Below the pieces are notes generated by a model that saw nothing but the letters and a program-made list of their open reading frames with translations, was not told where the DNA came from and did no database searches. From positions 19,695 through 83,694 of the forward strand of contig JAHITJ010000152.1 of NCBI GenBank assembly GCA_018817795.1: a DNA stretch of 64,000 bases, given 5' to 3'. Shown here in pieces: positions 36,236 through 44,950 of this stretch. Made by a program: the position numbers and the translations under genes. This DNA comes from Myxococcota bacterium (GTDB taxonomy: Bacteria > Myxococcota_A > Polyangia > HGW-17). The number at the start of each line of letters is the position of its first letter. The stretch's first letter is position 1.

Positions 36236-36991
36236 CTAGAACGTGCAGGAACCGAAGGAGCCCAGCTCGTTTTCGAGCATGATGTCGCAGGCGCCGTCGA
36301 TGTTGTCGGCGCACAGGCCGTCGAGGGCGGCTTCGGACAGCAGCGTGGAGCAATCCCACACGTCCTGGGCCACGGTCGGACTCAGCACGCCGTACTCGGT
36401 GTCGCAGGTGTCCGCAGCGGTGCAGTCGGCGAAGCAGGTTTCCAGCCAGTCCTGATACTCGTCACACACGATGTAGGCGCAGTCCTGCGGGCAGCCCACG
36501 GGATCTTCGTCGAGGTCGCAGTAGCCATCGTCGCACACGGAGAAATAGCAGTCTTCGGCGCAGGAGTTTTCATCCTCGTCGATGTCGCAGGTGCCGTCGC
36601 CGCAATAGGAGGCGACATAGCAGTCGGCCGGGCAAGAGGTTTCGTTCTCGTCGATGTCACAGACGCCGTCACCGCAGAACGGGTCGACGCCGCAGACGAT
36701 GCCGAGGTAATCGGCGCCCAGATCAACGCAGTACTGGACTTCGCCGGTCCAGTCGCCGCAGATGCCCAGGTTGTTCATCAGGACGTTGTCGGCGCAGTCA
36801 TCGAGGTCCAGTTGGACCGTCGGGGACAGGGAGTCATAGTTGTTCTCGCAGGACAGGGTCGTCGAGCAGTTGACGCAGGAAGCCATCCACTGATCATAGC
36901 GATCGCAGGTGATGATGGAATCCGATGAGTTGCAGCCGGAGAAAAAGCCAAGAGTAACAAGAAGTGTGGTGAGCAAAGCAAAACGTTTCAT
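36236..36991 (-). CDS. acidic cysteine-rich repeat lipoprotein
   Basis: 251 aa from MKRFALLTTLLVTLGFFSGC, with GGAGG upstream. It has three CGDGxCDxDExxxSCxxDC-type repeats flanked by two copies of a ~60-aa Cys module. Confidence 0.8.
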   Translation of the reverse strand: MKRFALLTTLLVTLGFFSGCNSSDSIITCDRYDQWMASCVNCSTTLSCENNYDSLSPTVQLDLDDCADNVLMNNLGICGDWTGEVQYCVDLGADYLGIVCGVDPFCGDGVCDIDENETSCPADCYVASYCGDGTCDIDEDENSCAEDCYFSVCDDGYCDLDEDPVGCPQDCAYIVCDEYQDWLETCFADCTAADTCDTEYGVLSPTVAQDVWDCSTLLSEAALDGLCADNIDGACDIMLENELGSFGSCTF

Positions 36992-37264
36992 GGTGTAACC
37001 TCCTATGGTTGTTGGCGCCTGCCAAAATGGCGACTCGCCATCGTTCAATAGATGTTGTGTAGCACAAACCTCCGGTTTTGGCATCCATTTTCTTCAAGAT
37101 AGGGTGCCAGCGCCGGAATTTATTCCGGAAATCCGGGGTTTTACGGGCGGCGGACCCTCGACCCCGAATTTTCGGGTAGGAGTACGACACCACCTGGTTT
37201 ATATTCTCTTTCTCCGGGAATTATTGTCCGTCTTCGCGGGCGCCCGGAAACCGGAACCCGATAC

Positions 37265-38044
37265 GTGCGCCTGGCTTTCATCAGCGACCTCCACTTTGAT
37301 CACAACCCCGGCCTGCTCCCGGTTCTGGAGGAGCGTCTTCGCAATGTTCCCGTGGACGCGCTGGTCCTCGGCGGCGACCTGTTCTCGGGGTTCTCGCGGC
37401 TGGCGACCACCCTGAGGCGACTCCTCGAGATCGTCCCGCGCGTGCTGTTTCTGCCCGGAAACCATGACCTGTGGGTGACCGACTCCAACGGCCTGATCGA
37501 CAGCCGTCAGTTGTATGACTCCGTGCTGCCACGCGTGGTGGCCACCGCCGGAGCGGAGTACCTTGGACTGGCGCCTGCCTGGTTCGACTCCGTGGCGATC
37601 GTGGGTGTCACGGGGTGGTACGAGGACTTTCCCGGCGGCCAGACGACCACGCCCGACGCCACCTGCTGCGTGTGGCCCGACTTCGCGGCACCCCGGGAAG
37701 TGCTCCAGTGGCAGCTCGAGTTGCTCGAAGCCCAGCTCGAAGCCGCCTCCGCCCGGGCTGATCGCATCTTTGTGATCACGCACACGGCTTCCTTCGTGAA
37801 GCTGCTGGCGCCCAGCGTGCACGAGGACATGCTGCCCTACGTCGGGTCGGACCGCCTCGGTGAGTTGATCTACAAGTATCCCAAGGTCGTCTATGCCGTC
37901 TCCGGGCATGTGCACGCCCGGTTCCTGTTCTCGGTGCTCCCGCGTGCGCTCCCCTGGGAGCTCTCCCCCTTCGGCTATCCCAACGAACTGGGCAAGGATC
38001 CAAAGGAGACCATGCTGGTCTCCCTGCGCATCATTGAATTGTAG
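37265..38044 (+). CDS. metallophosphoesterase (calcineurin-like)
   Basis: 259 aa with a GTG start. The motifs ISDLHFD, GGDLF, PGNHDLW, ITHT and SGHVHARF appear in canonical order. Confidence 0.85.
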   Translation: MRLAFISDLHFDHNPGLLPVLEERLRNVPVDALVLGGDLFSGFSRLATTLRRLLEIVPRVLFLPGNHDLWVTDSNGLIDSRQLYDSVLPRVVATAGAEYLGLAPAWFDSVAIVGVTGWYEDFPGGQTTTPDATCCVWPDFAAPREVLQWQLELLEAQLEAASARADRIFVITHTASFVKLLAPSVHEDMLPYVGSDRLGELIYKYPKVVYAVSGHVHARFLFSVLPRALPWELSPFGYPNELGKDPKETMLVSLRIIEL

Positions 38045-38083
38045 TCTTTTTTTATTAACAGTTAATATCAAGGGACAGGAAAG

Positions 38084-39148
38084 TCAGCATACGCCTTCGT
38101 GGGAGGGATACTCGGACCGCATGACCTTCTTCAGGTGGATGCCTTCGATCTGGAAGAGCGTCATGCCGGATCCATAGCCCCCGTCGCGGATGACCACCTC
38201 GATGAGGCCATCGGCGTTGAAGTCCCCGATGAGCAGGATCGTCCGGAGGCCGTCCTCTTTGGCGATCTCCTCCCACTGCCCGTCGCTGACCTTCCAGAGG
38301 ACCCACATCTCCTGGCCGCCTCCGCCGCAGTCGGTCTCCCCGATGCTGCCTCGGGCCTCGACGAACGTGGTCTGTCCGTCGGTGAAAACGTTGATGACGT
38401 AGTCCGGCTCGACTTCCTCGCCGATGTCGTTCTCGTATTCCTTGATCTTGTTGTAATAGCCCGCATCGAGCAGGTTCTTCTTCGCCTGACTCTGGTATTG
38501 CTCGGGCGTCCCCGGGAGGTCGCGCTGCAGCAGGTGCGGCGGCGGCAGGTGCAGCGGCCGCGCCCACAGGAACTGATGATCCTTGTTCCGGACACGCTCG
38601 CACTTCATCAGGGCGCCCGCGGTCACCACGCCCGACTGCGACCAGAGTTCAGAAAGCGGCATCTTCTTCTCGGCGTCAGCCAGCGAGGGCTTGGAATCGG
38701 ACCACGGGTCAACCTCCCAACCATCCCACTCCCCGCTGTTGGGAATCAACTGACCCAGTTGCACCGGCTCGGCGAGCTGGCCCTGGCACACGGCCTCGGC
38801 GTCCCGCATGAGCGCGTAGGCACGATCGCGGGCTTCGGGCAGCACCGGATGGGAGGGCGCGTGGGTCAGCACGACCGGCGGCACAAACTGCTGGAGTCTC
38901 AGGCGATCCTTGGCGACCTCGGGCGGCTCCTCCTGGACCTTCTCAGAGAGTTGAACATAATAGTTCCGGGCCGTCGGGATCACGAAAAGCAGGCCGTACC
39001 GCTCAAAATTGAGCATGGGGACATGCACCTGGGCCGGACCCACGGGCGGCTCGGGAAGACGCGGAGGACGGGCGGTACGAGCGGGATCCCGGCAAGCCAA
39101 GTTTGACAACACGATCACACTGATCAGGCAATGATGAAGAAGACGCAT
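38084..39148 (-). CDS. hypothetical exported/lipoprotein
   Basis: 354 aa with signal sequence ...VIVLSNLAC and a C-terminal FG-GAP-like loop LLIGDFNADGLIEVVIRDGG. Otherwise unrecognisable. Confidence 0.65.
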   Translation of the reverse strand: MRLLHHCLISVIVLSNLACRDPARTARPPRLPEPPVGPAQVHVPMLNFERYGLLFVIPTARNYYVQLSEKVQEEPPEVAKDRLRLQQFVPPVVLTHAPSHPVLPEARDRAYALMRDAEAVCQGQLAEPVQLGQLIPNSGEWDGWEVDPWSDSKPSLADAEKKMPLSELWSQSGVVTAGALMKCERVRNKDHQFLWARPLHLPPPHLLQRDLPGTPEQYQSQAKKNLLDAGYYNKIKEYENDIGEEVEPDYVINVFTDGQTTFVEARGSIGETDCGGGGQEMWVLWKVSDGQWEEIAKEDGLRTILLIGDFNADGLIEVVIRDGGYGSGMTLFQIEGIHLKKVMRSEYPSHEGVC

Positions 39149-39300
39149 ATCTCTTTTTACTCCACCGCTGGCCCCGGTCGATCACTTCCGACAGGTTCCT
39201 TGTGCGTTTTGTCACGTTTCCGATCCATGCGCAAGCTGAGCGGACCGATCCCATTTTCTCCGATTCGTGGTAGAGATGGGCTCCGAAGGAGACCCGATCC

Positions 39301-41049
39301 ATGTCCGGAATCCGGATTTTCGCCTGTCCGTTCACGCCGCACCTGACCGATGTCGAGGGCAACGCCCTGCGCATGGTCGAAGAACTCCGCGCCGCGCGGG
39401 AGAAAAACTGCGATCTGGTGATCTTCCCCGAGACGGCGCTCACCGGCTACTGTCTCGGCGACCTGCACACCGACCCCGAGTTGGTGCGCCGTCAGGAGCG
39501 GGTCATCGAGGAGGTCCTGGCGCCCGCCTGCCTGCACATCGCGGCCGTGATCGGAGCCACCTGCGAGCTCCGTGACGGCGACGATGCCCTGGTGGCCCGC
39601 CACAACAGCGCCGTCGTGCTCGCCGGCGGCCGCGTCATCCACCGTGCCTACAAGGTGCTGCTGGCCAATGAAGGGGTCCTCGAGGACTCCCGCTACTTCG
39701 ATGCCGGGCCGGCCGACCGGCTGTCCCCGGTGGACGTGCCGCTCGCCGGCGGCCGAACCCTGCGGCTGGGCGTGCTGATCTGCCAGGACCTGTGGGACGA
39801 CGGCGAGAGCGTGCATCCGGCGAGACAACTCACGGAGATGGGCGCCCGGCTGCTGTGCGTGATCAACGCGTCGCCGTTTCACCTCAGGAAGCCCGACCTT
39901 CGGCGGACCGTGGCCGCGAACCGGGTGGCCGAGTGCGGCGTTCCGCTGGTGTACGTCAACGCGACCAGCCTCGAGGACGTCGGCAAGAACCTGGTGCTGT
40001 TCGACGGTCACTGCTTCGCGATGTCCGCTGCGGGACTGGTCCAGACCCGTCCCTGGGACGGAAGATCGGTGGTCTGGGATGTGCCGCTGGACCCGGTCAG
40101 CGGTCCCTTCCCAGCGCCTCAGGTCCGCCCCGAGGCGCTGCTCGCCGAGGCCCTGATCTATGGCATCCGAGAATTCTTCCAGAAGAGCCGCGGCGCCCCC
40201 AACGCCGTGATCGGCCTGTCCGGCGGCATCGACTCGGCCGTCGACGCCCTCCTGGTGACACGCGCCCTGGGAGCGGACCGGCTCACCTGTGTGAACCTGC
40301 CCACGCGCTTCAACAGCCCTCTCACGCGCGATCTGGCCGGACGCATCGCCGCCAACCTCGGCGTGAACTACCGGATTCATCCCATCGAGGACGTGATCAC
40401 TGCGCACGCTGCCCGGTTTGCCGAGAGCCTCGGCAGGCCGGTGAAGACGCTCACCCTCGAAAACATCCAGGCGCGCGAACGCGGCAACATCCTGATGGCC
40501 TACGCCCAGGAGCTGGGAGCCATGGTCGTGGGCAACGGCAACAAGACCGAGTTCCAGCGCGGTTATGCCACGCTTTATGGAGATCTCATCGGTGCCCTGA
40601 TGCCCCTGGGAGATGTCCACAAACTGCTGGTGTACGCCCTGGGACGCGAACTTGATCCCCATGGCGAGATCCTGCCGCCGGAGGTCTTCACCGTCGTTCC
40701 CAGCGCGGAGTTGTCCGAAAACCAGAACGTGCTCGAGGGGCGGGGAGATCCGTTCGATTACCACATCGAGGCACCCCTGGGCGTGGAGTTGATCGAGAAC
40801 CGGGCGACCCCCGCGGCGCTGCGCCAGGCGTTCGAGGCTCGCTCCCTCGATTCATCCCTTTGGATCCCCGATGCTCAAGGCCGCACGGTCTACGACAAGA
40901 TGACCCCGGAGACCTTCGAGGACGCAGCCCGGGATGTGCGAGAGGCCATCGCCCGCTCGTTTTTCAAGCGCGTGCAGAGCCCGCCAAACATCGTCGTCTC
41001 GCCGCGGGCCTTCGGTCTGGACCTGCACGAGACCCTCCTGGGCGGGTAG
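39301..41049 (+). CDS. nadE: glutamine-dependent NAD+ synthetase
   Basis: 582 aa with an N-terminal CN-hydrolase domain (...DLVIFPETALTGY...VLICQDLW...) and a C-terminal NAD synthetase domain carrying the GLSGGIDSAV P-loop. Confidence 0.93.
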   Translation: MSGIRIFACPFTPHLTDVEGNALRMVEELRAAREKNCDLVIFPETALTGYCLGDLHTDPELVRRQERVIEEVLAPACLHIAAVIGATCELRDGDDALVARHNSAVVLAGGRVIHRAYKVLLANEGVLEDSRYFDAGPADRLSPVDVPLAGGRTLRLGVLICQDLWDDGESVHPARQLTEMGARLLCVINASPFHLRKPDLRRTVAANRVAECGVPLVYVNATSLEDVGKNLVLFDGHCFAMSAAGLVQTRPWDGRSVVWDVPLDPVSGPFPAPQVRPEALLAEALIYGIREFFQKSRGAPNAVIGLSGGIDSAVDALLVTRALGADRLTCVNLPTRFNSPLTRDLAGRIAANLGVNYRIHPIEDVITAHAARFAESLGRPVKTLTLENIQARERGNILMAYAQELGAMVVGNGNKTEFQRGYATLYGDLIGALMPLGDVHKLLVYALGRELDPHGEILPPEVFTVVPSAELSENQNVLEGRGDPFDYHIEAPLGVELIENRATPAALRQAFEARSLDSSLWIPDAQGRTVYDKMTPETFEDAARDVREAIARSFFKRVQSPPNIVVSPRAFGLDLHETLLGG

Positions 41050-41157
41050 TTGATCGTCTGCTCACGCGCGTTCGGCAAGCACGCGATGGTCGGATCATCC
41101 CGAACCCCAATTGATATTCTGATTCAGTGAAGTAAGGGCTTCAGGCGGGGGATTGGT

Positions 41158-41934
41158 CTAGAACTCAGGACGGTAGTCGGCCTTGCACACGCCGAGGTCG
41201 CAGAACTCACCGAAGCCGCACTCCTCGTGGGTGGTACAGGTCGCGTGGCAGTAGGCGTTGATGCACACATGGCCCGCATCGCAGTGGCTCGAGAACACGC
41301 ACTCGGGGGAGACCGGCGCGGGGTCGTCGATGCACTCGCTGGCGGTGCAGATCTGGCCCGTCGGGCACAGCGGCTCAAGCTCGTCGCAGGTCAGGCCGCA
41401 CTTGTTGTCGGCCGTGCACACCTTGATGCCGCACTCATCATCGTTGGAGCAAAACACCTTGGAGTCGCCGCACACCGGGTTGTCCTCGGGAGCGCAGCGG
41501 CCGCAGGAGGTGCACACGAAGCCTTCGTCGCACTCGTCGTTGCTCTGGCAGCCGGGCACACAGAACAACTCACCACTGGCGTCGGGCTCGCAGATGAAGC
41601 CGTTGCCGCAGTCGTCGTCGGTGGCGCAGCGGGTGTCGGGCGCTTCCTCGGGACCGCAGTAGCCGGCTTCGAGGCAGATCTCGCCCTCGCCACAGTCGGC
41701 GGCGTAGTTGCAAAGGCTCGCGCAGCCGTAGTCAGTGCACATGTAGCCGTCGGCGCAGGTGATTCCGCCGGCGCACGGCTCGTTGTCCACCGGCCAGCAG
41801 TAGTCGCAGTCGCAGGCCCAGCAACCCGAATCGTCGCAGTAACTGCATTTGCAGTCATTGTGTCTGTCCGGACAGCCCGTCAGGTTGAAAAGAAGAAAGG
41901 AACCGAAAAGAAAAACCAGGAATTGATGTCTCAT
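41158..41934 (-). CDS. cysteine-rich repeat lipoprotein
   Basis: 258 aa from MRHQFLVFLFGSFLLFNLTGC, with GGAGG upstream. It has very many Cys and repeated C-x3-(D/E)-C-(G/D)-x-G-x-x-C units (DDDCGNGFIC, NDECDEGFVC, DDECGIKVC, HEECGFGEFC). Confidence 0.8.
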   Translation of the reverse strand: MRHQFLVFLFGSFLLFNLTGCPDRHNDCKCSYCDDSGCWACDCDYCWPVDNEPCAGGITCADGYMCTDYGCASLCNYAADCGEGEICLEAGYCGPEEAPDTRCATDDDCGNGFICEPDASGELFCVPGCQSNDECDEGFVCTSCGRCAPEDNPVCGDSKVFCSNDDECGIKVCTADNKCGLTCDELEPLCPTGQICTASECIDDPAPVSPECVFSSHCDAGHVCINAYCHATCTTHEECGFGEFCDLGVCKADYRPEF

Positions 41935-42147
41935 GGCACAACCTCCAAGTGTCGAATGCCTACACGGCCTAATTGAGCAATTCGCATGCCAGAACGAAAT
42001 TCCAGGGAAATCGGTCGAGATCCAGTCGATTTCCATCGTTTTGGCATTTTACCATACCACAAGATCCCGCTTTTTGTTACCTTTGGGTGCCGGAACTGTA
42101 AAGTTTCATTCACACCTCCGGCTGGTTTCCTGTTGCAACGGATTTAC

Positions 42148-43581
42148 ATGAAGCGCCCGAACATTCCCCTGCAGATCCCGTTTTTTCTGATGGTCCTCGG
42201 CCTGTTTGCGGCCTGTCAGGCCCCCTCGCCCCGGGAGACCCTCCGTGCGGCGCGGGATCTTTGGACACAAAACAAAGAAAAAGAGGCCTGTGAGCGGGTC
42301 GGTCAACTGTCGGGCGACAGGATCGCCTCCTGGCGAAGGGCCACCGCCTGGGAGTGGCTGCGCTTCTCGGCGATGTGCGCCGCGAAGTCCGGTCGTCCCC
42401 TGCCCGCGTCTGTGGCCAGACTGCCATCGCCGTTTGGTCCGTACGCCCAGGCCATGACCTACTTTCACGATCAACGCACCGAGCCCGCCCGGCGGCTCCT
42501 CGAACCCCTGGCCGCTCCAGGTCAGGCAGACCGTGAGCCCGCCTACCGCCTGGGCCTGATCCTGCTGCTCGAGGAACAGTTCGAAAAGGCGCTGGTTCAT
42601 CTGCAGTCCGCGCTTCAGGACTCCCAGCTCCGGACCGAGTCCGTGCGGCTGGCCCTGGCACGGTGCTACATCGGCCTGGGCAGGCTCGACGCGGTCGTGC
42701 CCACGCTCAAACCCCTGGTGGAGACCGGCGCCGTGTCCGAGATTTCATCGGCGCGTGCGCTCGTGGACATGGCGCGCGCCTGGAACCGCCGGCTGCCGCC
42801 GGAGCTGGTGCCCGACCTGACGAAGGTGCGCACGATGCTGAAGGCCGAGGAGCCCGCCGCGGCCCTTGATGAGCTCGAGAAGATCATGCAGAAGTACGTG
42901 AACATCGCGCTGCTGCACTACCTGCGGGGCGTGATTCACCTGCGCCTGGGCAACCGGCCCGACGCCGTCGTCGAACTGGAGAACGCCCTGCGGCTCGAGC
43001 CCGGTGATCCAGAGGCGCTTCTGCTGCTGGGCAACATCTACTTCCACGCCCAGCGCGAGCGCGAGGCGCGCGCCTATCTCGAGCGGGCCCTGGAGGCAAA
43101 TCCCTTCCTCACCCATGCCTGGCGGCTGCTGCGGGACATTCATGCGAAGAACCAGGCATACACTCTGGCCGTCGACGCCCACCGCCGCCACATGCGCCTG
43201 CTCAAGAAGCGCGACGCCACCGCGGACCTGCTCACGCTGGCCCAACTCCAGGAGAGCGCCGGGCTCTTCGAGGAGGCCCTGACGACCCACCGGACCCTGG
43301 TGTCCAGGCTCGGCGACGAGGAGGCCTTCACCAGCCTCCTGGGACTGGCACGCCTCCACCTGAGCCTGGCTCAAAACCATCTGGGACAGGCGCTGGTCCA
43401 TCGCAAGAAGGCACGCGCCTATCTCGAACGCGCCGAAAAGATCCGTGCCACCGACGCCGAGTTGGCCCGCCTGCGGGAGATCGTGTTCGGACCAGGCAGC
43501 GGCGCCAAGACGAAGTTCGAGAAGAAACTGCGCTCCACCGGCGGCCGGCCGGCGACCGACGAGTCCAATCTGTTCGAATAG
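42148..43581 (+). CDS. TPR-repeat lipoprotein
   Basis: 477 aa from MKRPNIPLQIPFFLMVLGLFAAC, then TPR-like repeats throughout (e.g. ALLHYLRGVIHLRLGNRPDAVVELENALRLEPGDPEA). The ORF-track start at 41986 is an upstream extension. Confidence 0.8.
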   Translation: MKRPNIPLQIPFFLMVLGLFAACQAPSPRETLRAARDLWTQNKEKEACERVGQLSGDRIASWRRATAWEWLRFSAMCAAKSGRPLPASVARLPSPFGPYAQAMTYFHDQRTEPARRLLEPLAAPGQADREPAYRLGLILLLEEQFEKALVHLQSALQDSQLRTESVRLALARCYIGLGRLDAVVPTLKPLVETGAVSEISSARALVDMARAWNRRLPPELVPDLTKVRTMLKAEEPAAALDELEKIMQKYVNIALLHYLRGVIHLRLGNRPDAVVELENALRLEPGDPEALLLLGNIYFHAQREREARAYLERALEANPFLTHAWRLLRDIHAKNQAYTLAVDAHRRHMRLLKKRDATADLLTLAQLQESAGLFEEALTTHRTLVSRLGDEEAFTSLLGLARLHLSLAQNHLGQALVHRKKARAYLERAEKIRATDAELARLREIVFGPGSGAKTKFEKKLRSTGGRPATDESNLFE

Positions 43582-43703
43582 TCGGCCCAAGGCCGGACCG
43601 TCCGTCCGGTTGCCGAAACAGATGAAGTGTGATAATTCATTGCGGAATGGGTTTCATTCCGCCCGGACTGCATGACGCAGTCCTGCTGCTCCACAGGAGT
43701 TCC

Positions 43704-44492
43704 ATGAAAAACGCAACCGCTTTTCCCTTGATTGCCCTATGCCTGCTGTTCCCGCTTTCCTGCGACGACAACAACAAGCCCCCGTGCGGCAGCGGGTCCA
43801 ATTATGTACCCGTGAATATGCGCACGTTATGGACAATCAATGGGAAACGGACCTTCCTGGGCAACGTCATCTCCTTCGACACCTGCCTGGATGTGGACGC
43901 CACCTATGCCTCGATCACCGTCACGGGACCGGAAAACTACCTGCACACCGGAGAGATCCTCTGCACGGCCATGGAATACTCCATCTCCGATGACAAGTGC
44001 ACCCCATTCCCGTTGGGACCGTACACCATCCAGGTGACGCTGCAGGACTCGCAGCGCCAGCCCGTGGCCCAGTCCAAGACCGTCGATACCCGCATCTACA
44101 ACGACGGCAATCCTCCCGAGGTGCGGGAAATCGATTTCGAACTGGAATCCTTCTTCGAGACCTTCAATGGCACGCTCTGGTACAAACTGCTGTGGAACGG
44201 CGCCAACTGCGCAAACGCAGACCCGGCCTTGACCACCGTCAACGTGGAGATCTACAATGCCGACGAGACCTTGTTGACCAACGGGCATTATTCCGGCGCT
44301 TGCATCCCCGACAAGTCGCTCCAGGGCATCCCCACCGGAGACTACACGCTGCGCGTGACGGGTCAGGATGATGGAGGCGTCGTGAACTATTGTGGCACCA
44401 TGGACATCCAGGTGGGCGCCGGGATCACCAACCCGTCCTGGGAGCTCAACGTCACCGGCGATGCCACCGCCTGCGCGGACTTCGTGTTATGA
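43704..44492 (+). CDS. hypothetical exported/lipoprotein
   Basis: 262 aa from MKNATAFPLIALCLLFPLSC. Two similar beta-rich halves each carry paired Cys. No known domain recognised. Confidence 0.65.
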   Translation: MKNATAFPLIALCLLFPLSCDDNNKPPCGSGSNYVPVNMRTLWTINGKRTFLGNVISFDTCLDVDATYASITVTGPENYLHTGEILCTAMEYSISDDKCTPFPLGPYTIQVTLQDSQRQPVAQSKTVDTRIYNDGNPPEVREIDFELESFFETFNGTLWYKLLWNGANCANADPALTTVNVEIYNADETLLTNGHYSGACIPDKSLQGIPTGDYTLRVTGQDDGGVVNYCGTMDIQVGAGITNPSWELNVTGDATACADFVL

Positions 44493-44914
44493 AAACGCGC
44501 GCCCTGATCCTGATTGCGCTGTTCGCGGGCGTGTGCTGCACGCCCATGAAGAACAAGGAGACGCTGGCGACGCTGGAGCCGGCCGTGATTCAGTTCTACG
44601 AGCAACTGAAATGGTTCAACGGCGAGATCTCCAAGGACTACGTGCCCCCGGCGTTTCGCTCCGCCTACCTCGACCAACTCGACGTGGCCGAGCGCAAGAT
44701 CAACTTCTCCTCGATATCGGTCGTCCGCATCACGCCAGACAAGACCGCCAAAAAGGCCGTCGTCCGCCTGCGCGTCTCCTGGATGGAGAAGGACGACAAC
44801 ATCGTCAACGACACCCTCGTGGAGGCCACCTGGGAGTTCCAGGGAAACGCCTGGTACCACACCAAGGGCAAGGTCGTCGACGGCCCCAAGATCCCTGTTC
44901 TGTTTGAAAAATAA
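44489..44914 (+). CDS. hypothetical small exported protein
   Basis: 141 aa: MKTRALILIALFAGVCC... Its ATGA overlaps the preceding gene's stop, which suggests translational coupling. Confidence 0.6.
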   Translation: MKTRALILIALFAGVCCTPMKNKETLATLEPAVIQFYEQLKWFNGEISKDYVPPAFRSAYLDQLDVAERKINFSSISVVRITPDKTAKKAVVRLRVSWMEKDDNIVNDTLVEATWEFQGNAWYHTKGKVVDGPKIPVLFEK

Positions 44915-44950
44915 GTGACGACCGGCTGCCTCGCGGGGCCCCGGCCCGGA

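Noticed and set aside
36122-36928. 268-aa plus-strand ORF beginning MVRPVGPVGLVGPVGLVGPVGTVG, reading through the 9-bp repeat as a collagen-like or repeat protein.
   Set aside because: The rest of the ORF is antisense to the Cys-rich lipoprotein gene, which has a signal peptide, an SD and repeated Cys modules. It has no SD or plausible start context. The repeat lies between two convergent stop codons.
39157-40764. 535-aa minus-strand ORF opposite nadE.
   Set aside because: The plus strand encodes a complete CN-hydrolase plus NAD synthetase (SGGIDS). The antisense ORF is featureless.
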